DNA of 64,000 nt, from NCBI GenBank assembly GCA_963704905.1, contig CAVPHZ010000001.1:195438-259437 (forward strand). Direction: 5' to 3'. Under the pieces are notes generated by a model. It did no database searches. It worked only from the letters and a program-made list of their open reading frames with translations, and was not told the DNA's origin. A program made the position numbers and the translations under genes. The stretch is from Candidatus Chisholmbacteria bacterium. GTDB taxonomy: Bacteria; Patescibacteriota; Microgenomatia; UBA1400; Chisholmbacteraceae. The first letter of the stretch is position 1, and each line of letters begins with the position of its first letter. Positions 61,275 to 64,000 of the stretch are shown one piece after another.

Positions 61275-63065
61275 CTACACTCTCAGAAGTTTTGTATATG
61301 TTTCCGGTGGAATGTTGACTTTACCCGATAATGCAAGACGTTTTTTCCCTTTCTTTTGTTTTTCAAGCAACTTCATCCTTCGAGTCCGATCTCCGCCGTA
61401 GAGTTTTGCAGTAACATCTTTGCGAGCGGCTGGTTTGGTTTCACGAGCAATGATTTTACCTCCAATAGCGGCTTGAATTGGTACTGCAAACAATTGACGA
61501 GGAAGTACTTCTTTGAGCTTTTCTACCAATTCACGACCTACTTGCTGTGCATCTTGTCGAGCAACTATACGCAAGAGCATTTCTACCTCTTCGTGGTTGA
61601 TGCGTATTGAGAGTTTTACTGCATCAACTTCTTCTGAATCGATGTGTTCATAGTCAATTGAGGCATAGCCTTTACTTACTGTTTTTAGTTCATCTACCAC
61701 GCCGCCAATTAGCTCTGAGAGTGGTAGGTGATAAAGCAGCTGCACTTGATTTCCAAAGTACTGTGTATCTTTATATGTTCCTCTTTTCTCTTGTAACACT
61801 TGCATGATCGATCCAATATATTCTCTCGGTGAAAAAATCAACGCTTCAACCATTGGTTCTTTTATCTGACTCACCATCGTAAGATCGGGAAGCTCTGATG
61901 CATGTTGAATATTTCGCATTGATCCGTCAGTTAAATGAACGCTGTATTCAACTGTTGGTTTCGTGATAATTGTGACCACTCCCATTTCTCTTTCTAGTCG
62001 TTCTCTGGTAATTTCTGCATGGAACAACCCTAAGAAACCTAGACGAAAACCTCCACCTAGAGAGGGTGAGTGGATTAACTTCGTGATGAGTGATGCGTCC
62101 ATAAGTTGAAGTTTTTCAGTTGCGTACTTTAAGTTATTGAAGTTTTCATTTGTGGATGGGTAGATGTCTGCAAAAATCATGGGCTTTGGTACTTTAAATC
62201 CCGGAAGTGGTTTTCTTTTCTTTACATCTTGCTCAGACGTAAGTGTGTCTCCTACCTGAAGTGATCGAATGTTTTTCAGACCGGTTGCGATGTATCCAAC
62301 CTGTCCTGCGTGTAAGGTGTTCAGTGGTGTTCTGTTTGGTGTGAATATTCCAAGTTCTTTGCATTCAATTTCTTTTTTTCCTTCGATTGAATAGAGTTTT
62401 TGCACTAAACTTACGCTTCCATCAACTATTCGTACGAATGCAATTACTCCCAGGTGCTGATCGTATATCGAGTTGAATACAACAATTCTTGATGGCTGCG
62501 TTGGTTGACCGCTTGGTGCTGGTAGTATTTCTATTATTTGTTGAAGAAGCTCTTTCACTCCAATTCCAGTTTTTGCTGAAACTTTAAGTATCTCTTCTGG
62601 TTTAAAGCCGAACACCTCTCTAAGCTGAGCTTCAGATTCAGAAATTTGCGCTGATTCGAGATCTATCTTGTTTAATATAGGGAGAATAACCAGTCCAAGA
62701 TCGAACGCTTTTTTTGCATGTGCGAGTGTTTGTGCTTGAATGCCCTGAGTGGCATCGACGAGTAATATTGCACCTTCACAGGCTGCCAATGATCGAGACA
62801 CTTCGTATGAAAAGTCAACATGCCCTGGTGTATCGATGAGATTTAGTTGATAATTTTCGTTATCTTTTTCAATCGTCATTGTTACAGGAGCAAGTTTAAT
62901 GGTAATTCCTCTTTCCTTTTCAATGGGGTTACTATCAAGAATTCTGTCTACAGAATCTCTTTCGCTGATTGTGTTGGTGAGTTTTAATAGCTGATCGGTA
63001 AGAGTTGTTTTGCCGTGGTCTATGTGGGCAATGATTGAGAAGTTGCGAATCTGATCCTGATTCAT
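61275..63065 (-). CDS. lepA: Elongation factor 4 (LepA)
   Basis: [22 protein letters not shown] and the LepA-specific C-terminal domain. Confidence 0.95.
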   Translation of the reverse strand: MNQDQIRNFSIIAHIDHGKTTLTDQLLKLTNTISERDSVDRILDSNPIEKERGITIKLAPVTMTIEKDNENYQLNLIDTPGHVDFSYEVSRSLAACEGAILLVDATQGIQAQTLAHAKKAFDLGLVILPILNKIDLESAQISESEAQLREVFGFKPEEILKVSAKTGIGVKELLQQIIEILPAPSGQPTQPSRIVVFNSIYDQHLGVIAFVRIVDGSVSLVQKLYSIEGKKEIECKELGIFTPNRTPLNTLHAGQVGYIATGLKNIRSLQVGDTLTSEQDVKKRKPLPGFKVPKPMIFADIYPSTNENFNNLKYATEKLQLMDASLITKLIHSPSLGGGFRLGFLGLFHAEITRERLEREMGVVTIITKPTVEYSVHLTDGSMRNIQHASELPDLTMVSQIKEPMVEALIFSPREYIGSIMQVLQEKRGTYKDTQYFGNQVQLLYHLPLSELIGGVVDELKTVSKGYASIDYEHIDSEEVDAVKLSIRINHEEVEMLLRIVARQDAQQVGRELVEKLKEVLPRQLFAVPIQAAIGGKIIARETKPAARKDVTAKLYGGDRTRRMKLLEKQKKGKKRLALSGKVNIPPETYTKLLRV

Positions 63066-63087
63066 CGTTTCCTTCTTTATATATTGA

Positions 63088-64000
63088 CTAACTGGATTGC
63101 TTTTCTATTGATGTGGCTTCTATTACTTCTTCGGAGCTATTGAGGATATTTTTCCAGTTTCCAATTCTTCTTCCGAGCGCAATAACTTCTGAAAGCTGTT
63201 CAATTTTGAGAATGGCCGAGATATTTAAATACACCACCATTCCTATGGTTAATACGCTTGCAGTCAACATGAGTAAATTAATAGTCCTGGTTGTATCGAG
63301 AACAAACCTATCGATAATACGCATTGGCACCCAAAGAAACACTCCGGTTGATATTGTCGCAAGTATCATTTTTAAACTTGAAAACATAAAGTTGATGTTG
63401 ATGAATTTAGATTTTTTGTTTAATCCAACTAAGAGCGCAGTTGATTGGAAAGCATTTACAATTGTGATTACTGCGGCAAGACCGAGCAATCCCAATCCCA
63501 TGGTTTGCGCCAAGATTATTCCAAAAATAGCTGTCATCAATGCTCCGATAAAAGAAATTCCCAGTGGGGTTTTTGTATCATGCATTGCATAAAATGCGCG
63601 GGTCAAAACCGCGTTTATACTTAAGGAAGGGATTGCAAGTGAAAGCAGTGCTACGATTTTTCCTGTCAGTAAAGTCGCATCCCAAGGGAAGTTTTTTGCT
63701 CCGTATGCAATTCGGACTACGGGAAGACGGAGAATCAACACAATCACCGCAGCGGGTAACGTAAAGTACAGCACTTGCAGAATTGAGGCTCGAATTGTCT
63801 GTCGGAACTCCTCATTATTCTCGGAAGCCATTTCTTTGCTCAGTGTTGGAAACGAAGCCTGTCCTATGGTTGTTCCAAAGAGCGTGACTGGAAGGAGGTA
63901 TAGCTGTTTTGCAAAATTGAAGATTGTTAATGACCCTGCAGTCAGTCCTGTCGCAACAAAGACGGCGACAAAACGTTCTGCTTGACCAACAACCAACGTC
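63088..64000 (-). CDS. murJ: Lipid II flippase MurJ (MviN), C-terminal part; gene continues beyond the window
   Basis: Polytopic membrane protein; ...RAFYAMHDTKTPL... matches the MurJ C-terminal consensus. Confidence 0.8.
   Translation of the reverse strand, partial: TLVVGQAERFVAVFVATGLTAGSLTIFNFAKQLYLLPVTLFGTTIGQASFPTLSKEMASENNEEFRQTIRASILQVLYFTLPAAVIVLILRLPVVRIAYGAKNFPWDATLLTGKIVALLSLAIPSLSINAVLTRAFYAMHDTKTPLGISFIGALMTAIFGIILAQTMGLGLLGLAAVITIVNAFQSTALLVGLNKKSKFININFMFSSLKMILATISTGVFLWVPMRIIDRFVLDTTRTINLLMLTASVLTIGMVVYLNISAILKIEQLSEVIALGRRIGNWKNILNSSEEVIEATSIEKQSS

Noticed and set aside
1-64000. CRISPR arrays, rRNA or tRNA genes, transposases or integrases, and prophage remnants.
   Set aside because: No direct-repeat arrays, no rRNA or tRNA-like conserved blocks and no transposase or integrase-like ORFs were seen. 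All sizeable ORFs are accounted for by housekeeping or envelope functions.

Overview
This 64-kb, low-GC window is almost entirely core information-processing genes on the minus strand. It reads as a reduced-genome, Gram-positive-like or Patescibacteria (CPR)-like bacterium. The reasons are: there is no rpmD (L30) gene; infB is short; many ribosomal proteins carry Lys-rich tails; DnaJ lacks its zinc finger; and a CIRCE-like element sits upstream of hrcA.

Gene order on the minus strand, reading upstream to downstream: murJ (partial), lepA, hrcA-grpE-dnaK-dnaJ, nusA-infB, a degenerate DHH protein, rpsO-pnp, a stand-alone Lon AAA+ module, a family-4 UDG, RNase J, ftsK, a RodZ-like protein, DUF948/YtxH-like proteins, a YjjX ITPase, alaS (degraded), a large FtsA/PilM-like membrane protein, a sortase, ruvX, a small Zn-ribbon ORF, mltG, rpoB-rpoC, rpsL-rpsG-fusA (frameshifted)-tuf, the S10-spc-alpha ribosomal superoperon (rpsJ through rplQ) and rplM-rpsI. 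Plus-strand genes occur only in the first 7 kb: an FMN reductase, metK behind a SAM-I riboswitch, pyk, an RHH-Nudix-like fusion and a DUF389 membrane protein. A partial secreted clan GH-A glycoside hydrolase runs off the 5' edge.

The most unusual observations are:
- alaS carries 6 frameshifts plus an in-frame TAA, and fusA carries 2 frameshifts, while neighbouring long genes are intact.
- An FtsA/PilM-fold membrane protein plus a sortase are inserted into the conserved alaS-ruvX-mltG block.
- A stand-alone Lon AAA+ module lacks both the N-domain and the protease domain.
- An RHH-Nudix-like fusion has a degenerate Nudix box.
- L24 appears in a Cys4 zinc-ribbon form.
- A DHH-family protein has lost its catalytic motif (DHH to DRN).

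No CRISPR array, rRNA, tRNA or obvious mobile element was found.
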